Assembly: GCA_964543215.1 (NCBI GenBank)
Contig: CAZIXN010000002.1
Coordinates: 1-41,507, forward strand
DNA: 41,507 nt
Direction of reading: 5' to 3'
From: an uncultured Phycisphaera sp.
Lineage (GTDB): Bacteria; Planctomycetota; Phycisphaerae; Phycisphaerales; Phycisphaeraceae
Shown here: positions 8,254 to 16,141 of the stretch, piece by piece
Layout of the letters: each line of letters opens with the position of its first letter
Numbering within the stretch: the stretch's first letter is position 1
Position numbers and translations under genes: made by a program
Notes under the pieces: generated by a model
What the model was told of the DNA's origin: nothing
What the model saw: the letters and a program-made list of their open reading frames with translations, nothing else
Databases searched by the model: none

Positions 8254-9720
8254 TTAATCAGCCCGCGTCAGACGCACGATCCGGTCCGGTCCGTTGAAGA
8301 TCACGTACACGCTGCCATCATCGGCGACGTGCACGTCGCGGATCCGGCCCTGGTCCGCGATCAGCGTTTCTTCCTCCAGCACCGCCGGCGAACCCTGCGC
8401 ATCCGTGCCCAGCCGCAGCCGACGCAACTCCTGCCGCGCCAGCGACGCAACCAGCAGATCGTTCTCCCAGTTGGGGAACGCCCCGCCGGTGACAAAGTCG
8501 GTACCGCACACCGCGATGCTCGGCGTCCAGTGGTGCACCGGCGGGGTGACGCCATCGGCGTGCGTGAGGTGCGTCACCGGGGTGCCGTTGTAATTCATGC
8601 CGAACGTGGTCTTCGGCCAACCGTAGTTGTTGCCCGCCTCGATCAGGTTCAGTTCGTCCCCGCCGCGCGGGCCGTGCTCGGTGGACCAGATCTGCCCCGT
8701 GGCCGGGTGCAGCGACAGTCCCTGCGGGTTGCGGTTGCCGTAGGTGAAAATCGTCGCCAGGCCGTCCTCGGAATGCGCGAACGGGTTGTCGCTGGGGATC
8801 GTGCCATCCTCGTGGACGCGGTGAACCTTGCCGTTGGGCGCCGTCAGGTCCTGAGCCAGGTCCTGCCGGCCGCGATCGCCGATGGGGAAATACACATCAC
8901 CCGCATGAAACACCAGCCGCGTCCCGAAGTGGTGCCGCGTCGGCATGTAGTGCTTCGGGTCCGCCTGATAAATCGTCTCCAGTTGCATCAGCGCGCGGCC
9001 CTGCCGATCCAGCTTGGCCCGGACGACTTTCGTCATGCTCACCGCCTCGCCGTCGCGCTGCAGGATGTCGGAAAACGCGAGGTACACCCAGCCCTCGCCC
9101 GCGCTGCCCGCCGTCGCGTAATCCGGATGCAGCGCGACTTCGAGCAGGCCGCCCTGGCCCTGATGAAACACCGGCGGGACGTTGCCCACCGGCTCGTCAC
9201 GCAGCGTGCCATCAGGCTCCACCCGACGCAGCCGACCGGGCTGCTCGCAGATCAGCATCGCACCGTCGGGCAGGATCGCCAGCGACCAGGGCGCTTCCAA
9301 CCCCGCGTCTTCACCGATCACGGTGTCGAAGCGGAACGCGTGGCGCTGCGTTGCAACCACTCCCGAATCGTCCGGCGACGGCCGATCGAGTTGCCCGCGC
9401 GCGTGACGATCACGCAGCTCGCGGATGTAGATCACCAGCGCTCGGATTTCCGAAGACTCGAGCGTTGCGCCGAAGCCGGGCATGCCGGCCTGATCGTCGC
9501 CGCGCGCGATGATGCCGGCCATCGCTTCGTCTCCGGGGTATTTGATTTGCGAAGGGTCGAGCATCGACGGCGCCGACCCGCCGCTGCCGTTGCGGCCGTG
9601 GCACGTTGCGCAGAGCTGGTCGTAGGTCTTGCCGACGTCGAAGCGTTCGTCGTTCTGCGACCGGGCCAGCGGCGCGAGCAGCGAGCACGAGACCAGAAGC
9701 ATCAGGCAGCGGTTGAGCAT
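8254..9720 (-). CDS. PQQ-dependent sugar (glucose/sorbosone) dehydrogenase with an N-terminal cytochrome c domain
   Basis: A signal peptide is followed by a CATCHG haem-binding site. The beta-propeller motifs read FTYGNRNPQGLSLHPATGQIWSTEHGPRGGDELNLIEAGNNYGWP. Confidence 0.85.
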   Translation of the reverse strand: MLNRCLMLLVSCSLLAPLARSQNDERFDVGKTYDQLCATCHGRNGSGGSAPSMLDPSQIKYPGDEAMAGIIARGDDQAGMPGFGATLESSEIRALVIYIRELRDRHARGQLDRPSPDDSGVVATQRHAFRFDTVIGEDAGLEAPWSLAILPDGAMLICEQPGRLRRVEPDGTLRDEPVGNVPPVFHQGQGGLLEVALHPDYATAGSAGEGWVYLAFSDILQRDGEAVSMTKVVRAKLDRQGRALMQLETIYQADPKHYMPTRHHFGTRLVFHAGDVYFPIGDRGRQDLAQDLTAPNGKVHRVHEDGTIPSDNPFAHSEDGLATIFTYGNRNPQGLSLHPATGQIWSTEHGPRGGDELNLIEAGNNYGWPKTTFGMNYNGTPVTHLTHADGVTPPVHHWTPSIAVCGTDFVTGGAFPNWENDLLVASLARQELRRLRLGTDAQGSPAVLEEETLIADQGRIRDVHVADDGSVYVIFNGPDRIVRLTRAD

Positions 9721-9759
9721 GGCCAGAGCATAGGAAACCGATGCGGTCCCACGGCGGGT

Positions 9760-11394
9760 TCACGCGCGTCGACGCATCGCCATGGCCGTGAACAGCAGCG
9801 CCGCCGCGGTCGCCGGCTCGGGCACCGCGACGCCGCGGAAGTCCGGAGCCAGGCCCGAGCCCCAGTGGTTCAGCACCGCGTCCAGCTCGTCCTGATCCAC
9901 GTTCCCGGTCGGCAAACCCAGCACCCAGCCCGCCGGAACGCCTGCCGTATCGATGTTCCGGCCCCAGTTGTTGAGCACGAAATCCAGGTCGCCCTGTTCC
10001 ACCGCGCCCGAGGCGTCGTAGTCGCCCACCAGCGCCGCCGCGGCGTACAGCGACCGCAGCACCTGCCCGAAGTGCTGCACGCCCGCCGAATTCGGATGCA
10101 CCGCGTCAAGCAGATAGTTGTCGTTGATCGTCGTCGCATCGCCGGCCTCTTCGAAGAGGTTCAAGTACACCACCTGCTCGTTGCCGAGCGCCAGTTCGAA
10201 CAACGCCTGGTTGTAGTCGGCGAGGCGTTCCTTGAGCGCGATGCCGTTGTTGCGGGTGTCGTACTGGCTGACCAGCGCGATGGCCATGTCAGGGTCGGCG
10301 GCGCGGACCTTGTCGATCAGGTCCTGCATGAGCGCCTTCCACGTGGCGCCGTCGTAGGTGCCCCAGGAGTTCTCGCCGAGCCAGATCTGCGTGAGGTTGG
10401 TGTTCTGCGCCGCGAAATGCTTGGCCAGCGAATCGGTGGAGAGCACGTTGGGATCCAGGAACCAGTCGACGCGCTTGCCCGACAGCGCGAGCGACGCGTA
10501 GCCGAAGGTGTCGTCGAGGCCGTTGTCGGCGTACATCCCCGCGAGCGTGAAGTTCAGTCCCTGGTTGATCGTGACGCCGTCGTTGAGGCGGATGCGCACC
10601 GAAACGGGCTGCGTGGCTTCGAACGTGCCCGTATTGGTGACGATGCCGCCGGGCACGGTGAGCGTGAAGTTCTGGAGCTGGCCCTGAGCCGCGACCTGGC
10701 TGGGCAGCGCGGCCGAGCCGAGCAGCGTGGCGTTCTGGAACACGTCGACGTGCGCGATGCCGTCGGGGATGCCGTTGGGTCCGGCGACGGTGAGCAGCGT
10801 GATGTCGAACGAGCCGTCGGGCGCATCGTCGAGCCAGAAGCTGCCGCCGGTCTGCGTGTCGGCGTAGACGTTGCCGGCGTTGATCGGCGAGGTGAGGCGG
10901 GCCTCGACGATCACGTTGTCGAAGGCGCTGGTGGAGACCGGCACGACACCGCTGCCGAAGGTCACGCCCCAGCCGCCGGCGGGCAGGACGCCCGTGATGC
11001 CGTCGGTCGTGGCCGCACCGGCCTGGAACAGCGTCGCGGACTGCACCAGCGGGTTGGCCCCCGGGCCGTAGAAAAACGCGTCCATGCCCAGCGTGAAAAG
11101 CTCGCTCTGGTTGGCGTTGAGCAGTTGCCCGCCCACGTCGAACCCGGCCAGCTTCTTGTAGGCCGGCGGCATGTAGATGTGATTGATCGAGTCGCCCAGG
11201 ATCAGCAGTTCCGCGTCACCGGCCACAAATTGCTGGGCCACCGCCGGATCGCCCGCGACGCGCGGCGCGGCGTGCGCCCCGGCCGACAGGCCCAGCAGCA
11301 AAACGCTCGAAATCCCAACCACCGCCCGCGATTCGGCCAAAGCGATCGCGGACCCACCTCGCGGGCTGAGCGCCCGTTGCATCGTGTTGAACAT
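9760..11394 (-). CDS. PEP-CTERM-anchored SGNH/GDSL-type hydrolase with dockerin-like repeats
   Basis: ATG at 11394 (MFNTMQRAL..., signal peptide). Block I is LILGDSINH and block V is LLDAVHPNSAG. The C-terminus reads GDYDASGAVEQGDLDFVLNNWG...NVDQDELDAVLNHWG...VPEPATAAALLFTAMAMRRRA. Confidence 0.8.
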   Translation of the reverse strand: MFNTMQRALSPRGGSAIALAESRAVVGISSVLLLGLSAGAHAAPRVAGDPAVAQQFVAGDAELLILGDSINHIYMPPAYKKLAGFDVGGQLLNANQSELFTLGMDAFFYGPGANPLVQSATLFQAGAATTDGITGVLPAGGWGVTFGSGVVPVSTSAFDNVIVEARLTSPINAGNVYADTQTGGSFWLDDAPDGSFDITLLTVAGPNGIPDGIAHVDVFQNATLLGSAALPSQVAAQGQLQNFTLTVPGGIVTNTGTFEATQPVSVRIRLNDGVTINQGLNFTLAGMYADNGLDDTFGYASLALSGKRVDWFLDPNVLSTDSLAKHFAAQNTNLTQIWLGENSWGTYDGATWKALMQDLIDKVRAADPDMAIALVSQYDTRNNGIALKERLADYNQALFELALGNEQVVYLNLFEEAGDATTINDNYLLDAVHPNSAGVQHFGQVLRSLYAAAALVGDYDASGAVEQGDLDFVLNNWGRNIDTAGVPAGWVLGLPTGNVDQDELDAVLNHWGSGLAPDFRGVAVPEPATAAALLFTAMAMRRRA

Positions 11395-11635
11395 CGTTCT
11401 CCCTTTCTGACTCGCGAGTATGCGGGAAAACGCTGGGAAGTCAACTACTTTCTCAGGGTTTTTCTTGGCACCCCCATCGCAGGCCCCGCCGTCCGGCAGC
11501 AGCCGCCCAAAGCCCCGGCTCCGACCACGCATTCCGTATGCTCACCCGAGCGGTCGAATCGCGTCCCGCCTAAGACCCCCCGAGCGACCCGTTCCGCGCC
11601 CTCCCCCTTAACCCCGCCACCTCACCGAACCCCCC

Positions 11636-12466
11636 ATGCCCATCCCCACCGCCCTCTTCGACCTCACCGGACAGACCGCCCTCATCACCGGCGGGGCCTC
11701 GGGCATCGGCCTGGCCATCGCCGAGGCCTTCGTCATGCACGGCGGCAAGGTCATCGTCGGCTCACGCACCGTCGAAAAAGTCCAGGCCGCCGTCGACCGA
11801 CTCAACAAGCTCGACTCCCCCCACCCCCACGACGACGCCGAACCCGTCGCCGCCGGCGTCGCGCTGGATGTCGAAGACCAGAAATCCGTCGATCACGCCG
11901 TGAAAAAATGCATCGACATCCACGGCGGGCTGCACGTCGCCGTCAACTCCGCCGGCATCATGTGCAAGAAGGACACCTTCGAACTAAAGGCCGACGAAAT
12001 CAACCAGCTCTTCAACATCCACGTCACCGGCGCGCTGCGCGTCAGCCAGTCCGCCGGCCACGTCTTCCGCGAACAGCACCAGGGCCTGATCCTCAACATC
12101 GCCTCCATCTCCAGCTTCGTCGACCTCACCGGCGTCACCGCCTACGCCGCCGCCAAAAACGCGATGCTCGGCCTCACCCGCAGCCTCGCCAACGAATGGG
12201 CCAAGTTCGGCATCCGCTGCAACGGCATCGCGCCCGGATTCGTCCCCACCGACATCAACCGCAAAATGATCGAAGGTACCGACCGCGGACGACGCATCCT
12301 CGAACACACCCCGATGGCCCGCTTCGGCACCGCCGACGAAATCGCCGGCGCCGCCGTGTATCTCGCCAGCCCCGCCGGCAAATTCGTCAACGGCCACACG
12401 ATCGTGGTCGACGGCGGATATTTGGCCTGCGGCATCGGCGACAGCGTCGCGCCGTGGGCGGAGTGA
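11636..12466 (+). CDS. SDR family oxidoreductase (FabG / gluconate-5-dehydrogenase-like)
   Basis: TALITGGASGIGLAIAEAF is the TGxxxGxG motif. YAAAK is the catalytic YxxxK. The PGFVPTD block is also present. Confidence 0.85.
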   Translation: MPIPTALFDLTGQTALITGGASGIGLAIAEAFVMHGGKVIVGSRTVEKVQAAVDRLNKLDSPHPHDDAEPVAAGVALDVEDQKSVDHAVKKCIDIHGGLHVAVNSAGIMCKKDTFELKADEINQLFNIHVTGALRVSQSAGHVFREQHQGLILNIASISSFVDLTGVTAYAAAKNAMLGLTRSLANEWAKFGIRCNGIAPGFVPTDINRKMIEGTDRGRRILEHTPMARFGTADEIAGAAVYLASPAGKFVNGHTIVVDGGYLACGIGDSVAPWAE

Positions 12467-12506
12467 CATAAACCAAGTATTTAGAGCGATTTGCATGATT
12501 TCTGGC

Positions 12507-12592
12507 CAGTGGCACAGGCTTCCAGCCGGTGATTCTCGAAGCGAAAACGTTCGGCCTGACGGCCGATCACAGGCTGGAAGCCTGTGCCACTG
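12507..12592. repeat. Long palindromic element (27-bp stem, one mismatch)
   Basis: cagtggcacaggcttccagccggtgat (12507-12533) is complementary to atcacaggctggaagcctgtgccactg (12566-12592). The loop is 32 nt. An outer 7-bp pair is ttagagc (12481-12487) / gctctaa (12605-12611). It lies just after the SDR stop, at the edge of the low-GC islet. Confidence 0.85.
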
Positions 12593-12638
12593 ATGACGCA
12601 AAGTGCTCTAACTGCTAGAAATCAAGTAGTTTGATGAT

Positions 12639-12857
12639 ATGGACTCGCCACGTTCCTACCACGTCAGCGACGGCGACTGGCTGCTTACGTTCACTGAAGA
12701 CGACGATGGCTGGTATTGCATCACCTGCCCGTCGATGCCCGGACTCGTGACCCAGGCGCGAACGCTTGCCGAGGGATTCGAGATGGCGCGAGACGCCCGC
12801 GACCTGCTGATGCGCGGTCGTCAAAAACGAAAGGAACTGGACCCATCAAACCCGTGA
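12639..12857 (+). CDS. HicB-like antitoxin-fold protein (UPF0150 / HicB N-terminal domain only, no DNA-binding domain)
   Basis: LLTFTEDDDGWYCITCPSMPGLVTQARTLAEGFEMARDARDLLM matches the HicB core (..DEDGGY.A.VP.LPGC.TQG.TLEEA..N..EAI.L.L). The protein is 72 aa. GC is clearly below the flanks. Confidence 0.7.
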   Translation: MDSPRSYHVSDGDWLLTFTEDDDGWYCITCPSMPGLVTQARTLAEGFEMARDARDLLMRGRQKRKELDPSNP

Positions 12858-13351
12858 ACTTCAAAGTGCGTGGTCCACTTGATATTCCGCACTGGAAATT
12901 ACGCGGTGGCCGTTCCATCGATTCAGCGTGTGCCATCGAGTTTTTCGGTTGGTATCCGCACCTGCGAACCGCTAAAGGGGTTTATGTCTTCGGGATGCGG
13001 TTCGGTGCGAAGGTTCGGCCGTATTATGTCGGGAAAGCCACCAAAACTTTTGGGCAAGAAGTGTTCGCGCCGACCAAGCTGGTGCATTACAACCACGCGA
13101 TGGCCAATCAAAAACTCGGTACGCCGTGCTTGTTTCTAGTCGTTGCTCCCCGACACGGTGCCACTCCGCAGTTGATCGGCCACGCCGAACGCGAACTGAT
13201 TCGGATGGCCGCCCAGGCCAATCCGAATCTCTGCAATAAAGTCGGCATCAAGCCACCTCGCTGGGCCATCCAGGGCGTTATTCGCGGCAACGCCGGCGGC
13301 AAGTCGGCGTCTGCCAAAGCTTTTGCCAAAACCTTCGGGCTGGATGGCTGA
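12854..13351 (+). CDS. GIY-YIG-like domain protein (putative nuclease), translationally coupled to the HicB-like gene
   Basis: The GTG at 12854 overlaps the hicB-like TGA (GTGA). KGVYVFGMRFGAKVRPYYVGKAT resembles UvrC GVY...IYVGKA. A downstream block HAERELIRMAAQANPNLCNK supplies the conserved Glu...Asn. GC is about 55%. The longer track ORF from 12716 overlaps the hicB-like gene out of frame and is rejected. Confidence 0.6.
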   Translation: MNFKVRGPLDIPHWKLRGGRSIDSACAIEFFGWYPHLRTAKGVYVFGMRFGAKVRPYYVGKATKTFGQEVFAPTKLVHYNHAMANQKLGTPCLFLVVAPRHGATPQLIGHAERELIRMAAQANPNLCNKVGIKPPRWAIQGVIRGNAGGKSASAKAFAKTFGLDG

Positions 13352-13397
13352 TCGCGCTGCCTACGGTGAGACGTTCACTCTCACCGAGGAGTTTCCC

Positions 13398-13682
13398 ATG
13401 CCCAACCCCCTCCCCGAATCCGCCGTCCATGCCGCCCTCGCCAATCTGCCCGGCTGGTCGTTTCAGGACGACGCTTTGCACAAGACCTTCGAGTTTGCCG
13501 ACTTCAAGGCTGCGTTCGCGTGGATGACCGCCGTCGCGTTCGAGGCCGAAGCCTTGCAGCACCACCCCGCCTGGCACAACGTCTACAAGACCGTGCGCGT
13601 CCAGCTCTCCACGCACGACGCCGGCGACAAGGTGACGCAGCTCGACCTGGGCCTCGCCGCGAAAATGAACGCGCTGGCGTGA
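13398..13682 (+). CDS. phhB: 4a-hydroxytetrahydrobiopterin (pterin-4-alpha-carbinolamine) dehydratase
   Basis: ATG at 13398. LPGWSFQDDALHKTFEFADFKAAFAWMTAVAFEAEALQHHPAWHNVYKTVRVQLSTHDAG is the classical PCD signature. Confidence 0.85.
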   Translation: MPNPLPESAVHAALANLPGWSFQDDALHKTFEFADFKAAFAWMTAVAFEAEALQHHPAWHNVYKTVRVQLSTHDAGDKVTQLDLGLAAKMNALA

Positions 13683-13746
13683 AAAACACTGCATTATCGG
13701 CGGGCCTCTCAAGTCACTCCCGCACTTCGCCGACGAAAAGCGTGGA

Positions 13747-14940
13747 ATGCTGCGTGTCGACGCCACCAAGCTCCGGCCGGGGATGACGCTGGCCCTGCCG
13801 GTCATGCATCCGCAGACGCCCAGCCAGGTCCTGCTCAAGACCGGCTTCACGCTCAGCGAGACCGCCGTGGCCCGCCTGCGCGACCTCAAGGTCCGCACCG
13901 TCTGGGTCCGCGCGCCCGGCATGGCGTTCCTCGAAAAACGCATCAGCCCCGAAGTCATGGCCGCCCACTCCGCGGTCTTCACCCAGATCGCCGGCGCCTT
14001 CGAAGCCGCGCAGCGCAGCACCTCACCCAAGCTGCCGATCCAGGCGTACACCGACGGCGTCACCGCGCTCATCCAGCAGTGCCTCGAACACCCCGCCGCC
14101 GCGATCTTCGTCGGCGACCTCCACGACGCCGGCGACGACCAGCTCCGCCACGCCTCGGGCGTCGCCTACCTCGCGCTGCTCATGGGCCTCAAGCTCGAGG
14201 GCTATCTCGTCCAGTCCCGCCGGCACGTCCGACCCGACCGCGCCAAAGACGTCAAGAACCTGGGCATCGGCGCGATGCTCCACGACCTGGGCGTCACCCG
14301 CCTGGACGTCGAATCCCGCGACGCCTACCTCCAACGCGGCGACGACGATCACGAAGGCTGGCGGCAACACCCCGCGCTGGGCTACGCCATGGTCCGCGGA
14401 CAGGTCGAACCCACCGCCGCCACCGTCGTCCTCCACCACCACCAACGCGCCGACGGCACCGGCTACGCCGGCGGCGACCATCCCACACTCCGCGACGAAT
14501 CCATCCACATCTACGCCCGCATCGTCGCCGTCGCCGACCAGTTCGACCGTCTCCGCCGCCCGCCCGGCCTGCCCGAACAACCCGTCGCCTTCGCGCTCCA
14601 GGCCATGCTCATGCCCGCCATGCGAAAGAAGTTTGACCCCACCGTCCTCGACGCGCTCCTGCGCGTCGTCCCGCCCTTCGCGCCCGGCAGCCGGCTCCTG
14701 CTCAACGACGGCACCGCCGCCGTCGCCGTCGAACCCCACGACGAAGCCCCCTGCCGACCCACCATCCAGCAGGTCGATTCCCTCGACCAGCTCGACGATC
14801 CCGACATCGAGCTCACCGGCCCGACCATCGACCTCCGCGAACAGCCCGCCACCCGATACGTCCGCCGATGCGACGGCCACGAAGTCGGCGCCTACCTCTT
14901 CGACCTGCCCCAGGAAGAGTCCGTCATCCGCGCGGCATGA
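13747..14940 (+). CDS. HD-GYP domain protein (GYP degenerate: GYA)
   Basis: LGIGAMLHDLGV carries an intact HD. HHHQRADGTGYAGG is a degenerate GYP. The N-terminal region resembles that of the 851-2176 paralog. Confidence 0.8.
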   Translation: MLRVDATKLRPGMTLALPVMHPQTPSQVLLKTGFTLSETAVARLRDLKVRTVWVRAPGMAFLEKRISPEVMAAHSAVFTQIAGAFEAAQRSTSPKLPIQAYTDGVTALIQQCLEHPAAAIFVGDLHDAGDDQLRHASGVAYLALLMGLKLEGYLVQSRRHVRPDRAKDVKNLGIGAMLHDLGVTRLDVESRDAYLQRGDDDHEGWRQHPALGYAMVRGQVEPTAATVVLHHHQRADGTGYAGGDHPTLRDESIHIYARIVAVADQFDRLRRPPGLPEQPVAFALQAMLMPAMRKKFDPTVLDALLRVVPPFAPGSRLLLNDGTAAVAVEPHDEAPCRPTIQQVDSLDQLDDPDIELTGPTIDLREQPATRYVRRCDGHEVGAYLFDLPQEESVIRAA

Positions 14941-14942
14941 CA

Positions 14943-15029
14943 GCAGCAGCTAGAAGCTAGAAGCTAGGAGCAAGCTGGAAGCTCGTTGACTTTGCTCGGC
15001 CTTCTAACTTCTAGCTTCTTGCTTCTTCC
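14943..15029. repeat. ORF-less hairpin built from heptanucleotide tandem repeats (GCTAGAA)n
   Basis: The left arm is gctagaagctagaagctaggagcaagctggaagc (14949-14982). The right arm is ggccttctaacttctagcttcttgcttcttcc (14998-15029). The 12-bp perfect core pairs agaagctagaag (14952-14963) with cttctagcttct (15008-15019), with imperfect extensions. The right arm encodes the TatC C-terminal tail. Confidence 0.8.
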
Positions 15030-16059
15030 AAGCCCATCGCATCAACAACAACCCCAACTCGAACAACCCGTACAGCGGCACCGACAGCACCGCCATGCTC
15101 AGCAGATCCGTCGGCGTCAGAATCCCGCCCAGCACCACGCACACGAACAGCGCGTACTTCCGGCCCTTCGCCACCCACGCCGGCTCGACCAGCCCCGTCC
15201 AACCCGTCACCAGCATCAACACCGGCAACTGAAACGCCGCCACCACGCCCAGCCCCAGATACGCCGCGAAACGGATGTACTCGTCCACCTTCGGCAGCGG
15301 CGTCATCAACTGCGGCCGCGTCATCGCCGCCTCCACCGCCTTGCCGCCGATCACCATCCGCAGCGCACGCGACGGACCGTCGATCCACACCATGCCCTCC
15401 GTCAGCGGGCTGGGGTTCTCCGACAACACCGGCAGCTTCGGGATCACCGCCGTCGCCGGCGACTCGAACACCGACGGGTCCGGCCGATCCACGCCGTACA
15501 TCGTGTCCAGCAGCACCGACAGCACCACGCCCGGCTCGCCCGGCTCGACCTGCGGATACAGCTTCGCAAAACTCAGGAAAAACACCAGCGACACCGGCAG
15601 CATCACGAAATACGTGAAGCTCACCCCCAGCGCCGTCATCAATGTGCTGAACGGCACCAGGATGTGCACCGCCCGCCGCTCGTTGGCGTACAGCCCCACC
15701 GCCACGAACCGCCACAACTGAAACAGAACCCACGGCGACGCGAGGATCAACGCCGCGATGAAGCTCACCGGCAGGTACACGCTCGTGAAACCCGCCGTGG
15801 GGTCCGTGACGTACGTCTGCGGCGGATAGCCCGTCTCGTGCATCGCCGACAGCAACGGCGTCGCCAGCCACGCGATCATCCGCGTCGTGATCGGCGGCAG
15901 CACCACCACGAAAAACACCGCGAACACCCCGATCATCGAACGGATCACGCACCCACGCAGCTCCTCCAGATGATCGCCCAGCGGCATCGGCTGATCGCGG
16001 CTCCCCGGCGTGTCGCCGAACAGCGGCGCATCTTCGGATGAAACCTGATCCAACGGCAT
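15004..16059 (-). CDS. tatC: twin-arginine translocase subunit TatC (with a large loop insertion)
   Basis: MPLGDHLEELRGCVIRS is the TatC N-terminal motif. Six TM segments are present. VDEYIRFAAYLGLGVVAAFQLPV corresponds to the E. coli [24 protein letters not shown] block. The protein is 351 aa versus about 250 typical. Confidence 0.85.
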   Translation of the reverse strand: MPLDQVSSEDAPLFGDTPGSRDQPMPLGDHLEELRGCVIRSMIGVFAVFFVVVLPPITTRMIAWLATPLLSAMHETGYPPQTYVTDPTAGFTSVYLPVSFIAALILASPWVLFQLWRFVAVGLYANERRAVHILVPFSTLMTALGVSFTYFVMLPVSLVFFLSFAKLYPQVEPGEPGVVLSVLLDTMYGVDRPDPSVFESPATAVIPKLPVLSENPSPLTEGMVWIDGPSRALRMVIGGKAVEAAMTRPQLMTPLPKVDEYIRFAAYLGLGVVAAFQLPVLMLVTGWTGLVEPAWVAKGRKYALFVCVVLGGILTPTDLLSMAVLSVPLYGLFELGLLLMRWAWKKQEARS

Positions 16060-16088
16060 GGCCGCGAGTGTAGATCACCTGCCGCGAG

Positions 16089-16128
16089 CCGGGCACTGCG
16101 TGCCCGGTCCCGGCGGCACAGCCGCCGG
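16089..16128. terminator. Twin GC-rich mini-hairpins downstream of queA
   Basis: The first hairpin is ccgggcac-tgc-gtgcccgg (16089-16107). The second is ccggcggc-aca-gccgccgg (16110-16128). Both have 8-bp stems and 3-nt loops, the same architecture as at 3540-3580. Confidence 0.5.
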
Positions 16129-16141
16129 CTCGCTGAACTCG

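Noticed and set aside
8065-12471. A 1468-aa ORF on the plus strand, and similar very long ORFs at 860-2233(-), 29884-32061(-), 32563-35853(+), 24504-26432(-) and 28370-30656(+).
   Set aside because: Their translations are Arg/Pro/Gly/His-rich with no recognisable motifs. They lie antisense or out of frame to genes with clear family signatures. Such stop-free shadow frames are expected in DNA this GC-rich.
12716-12853. An N-terminal extension of the GIY-YIG-like ORF, from the track ORF starting at 12716.
   Set aside because: It overlaps the HicB-like gene out of frame and translates to Arg/Pro/Gly-rich shadow sequence. The GTG at 12854 with the GTGA stop/start overlap is the more plausible start.
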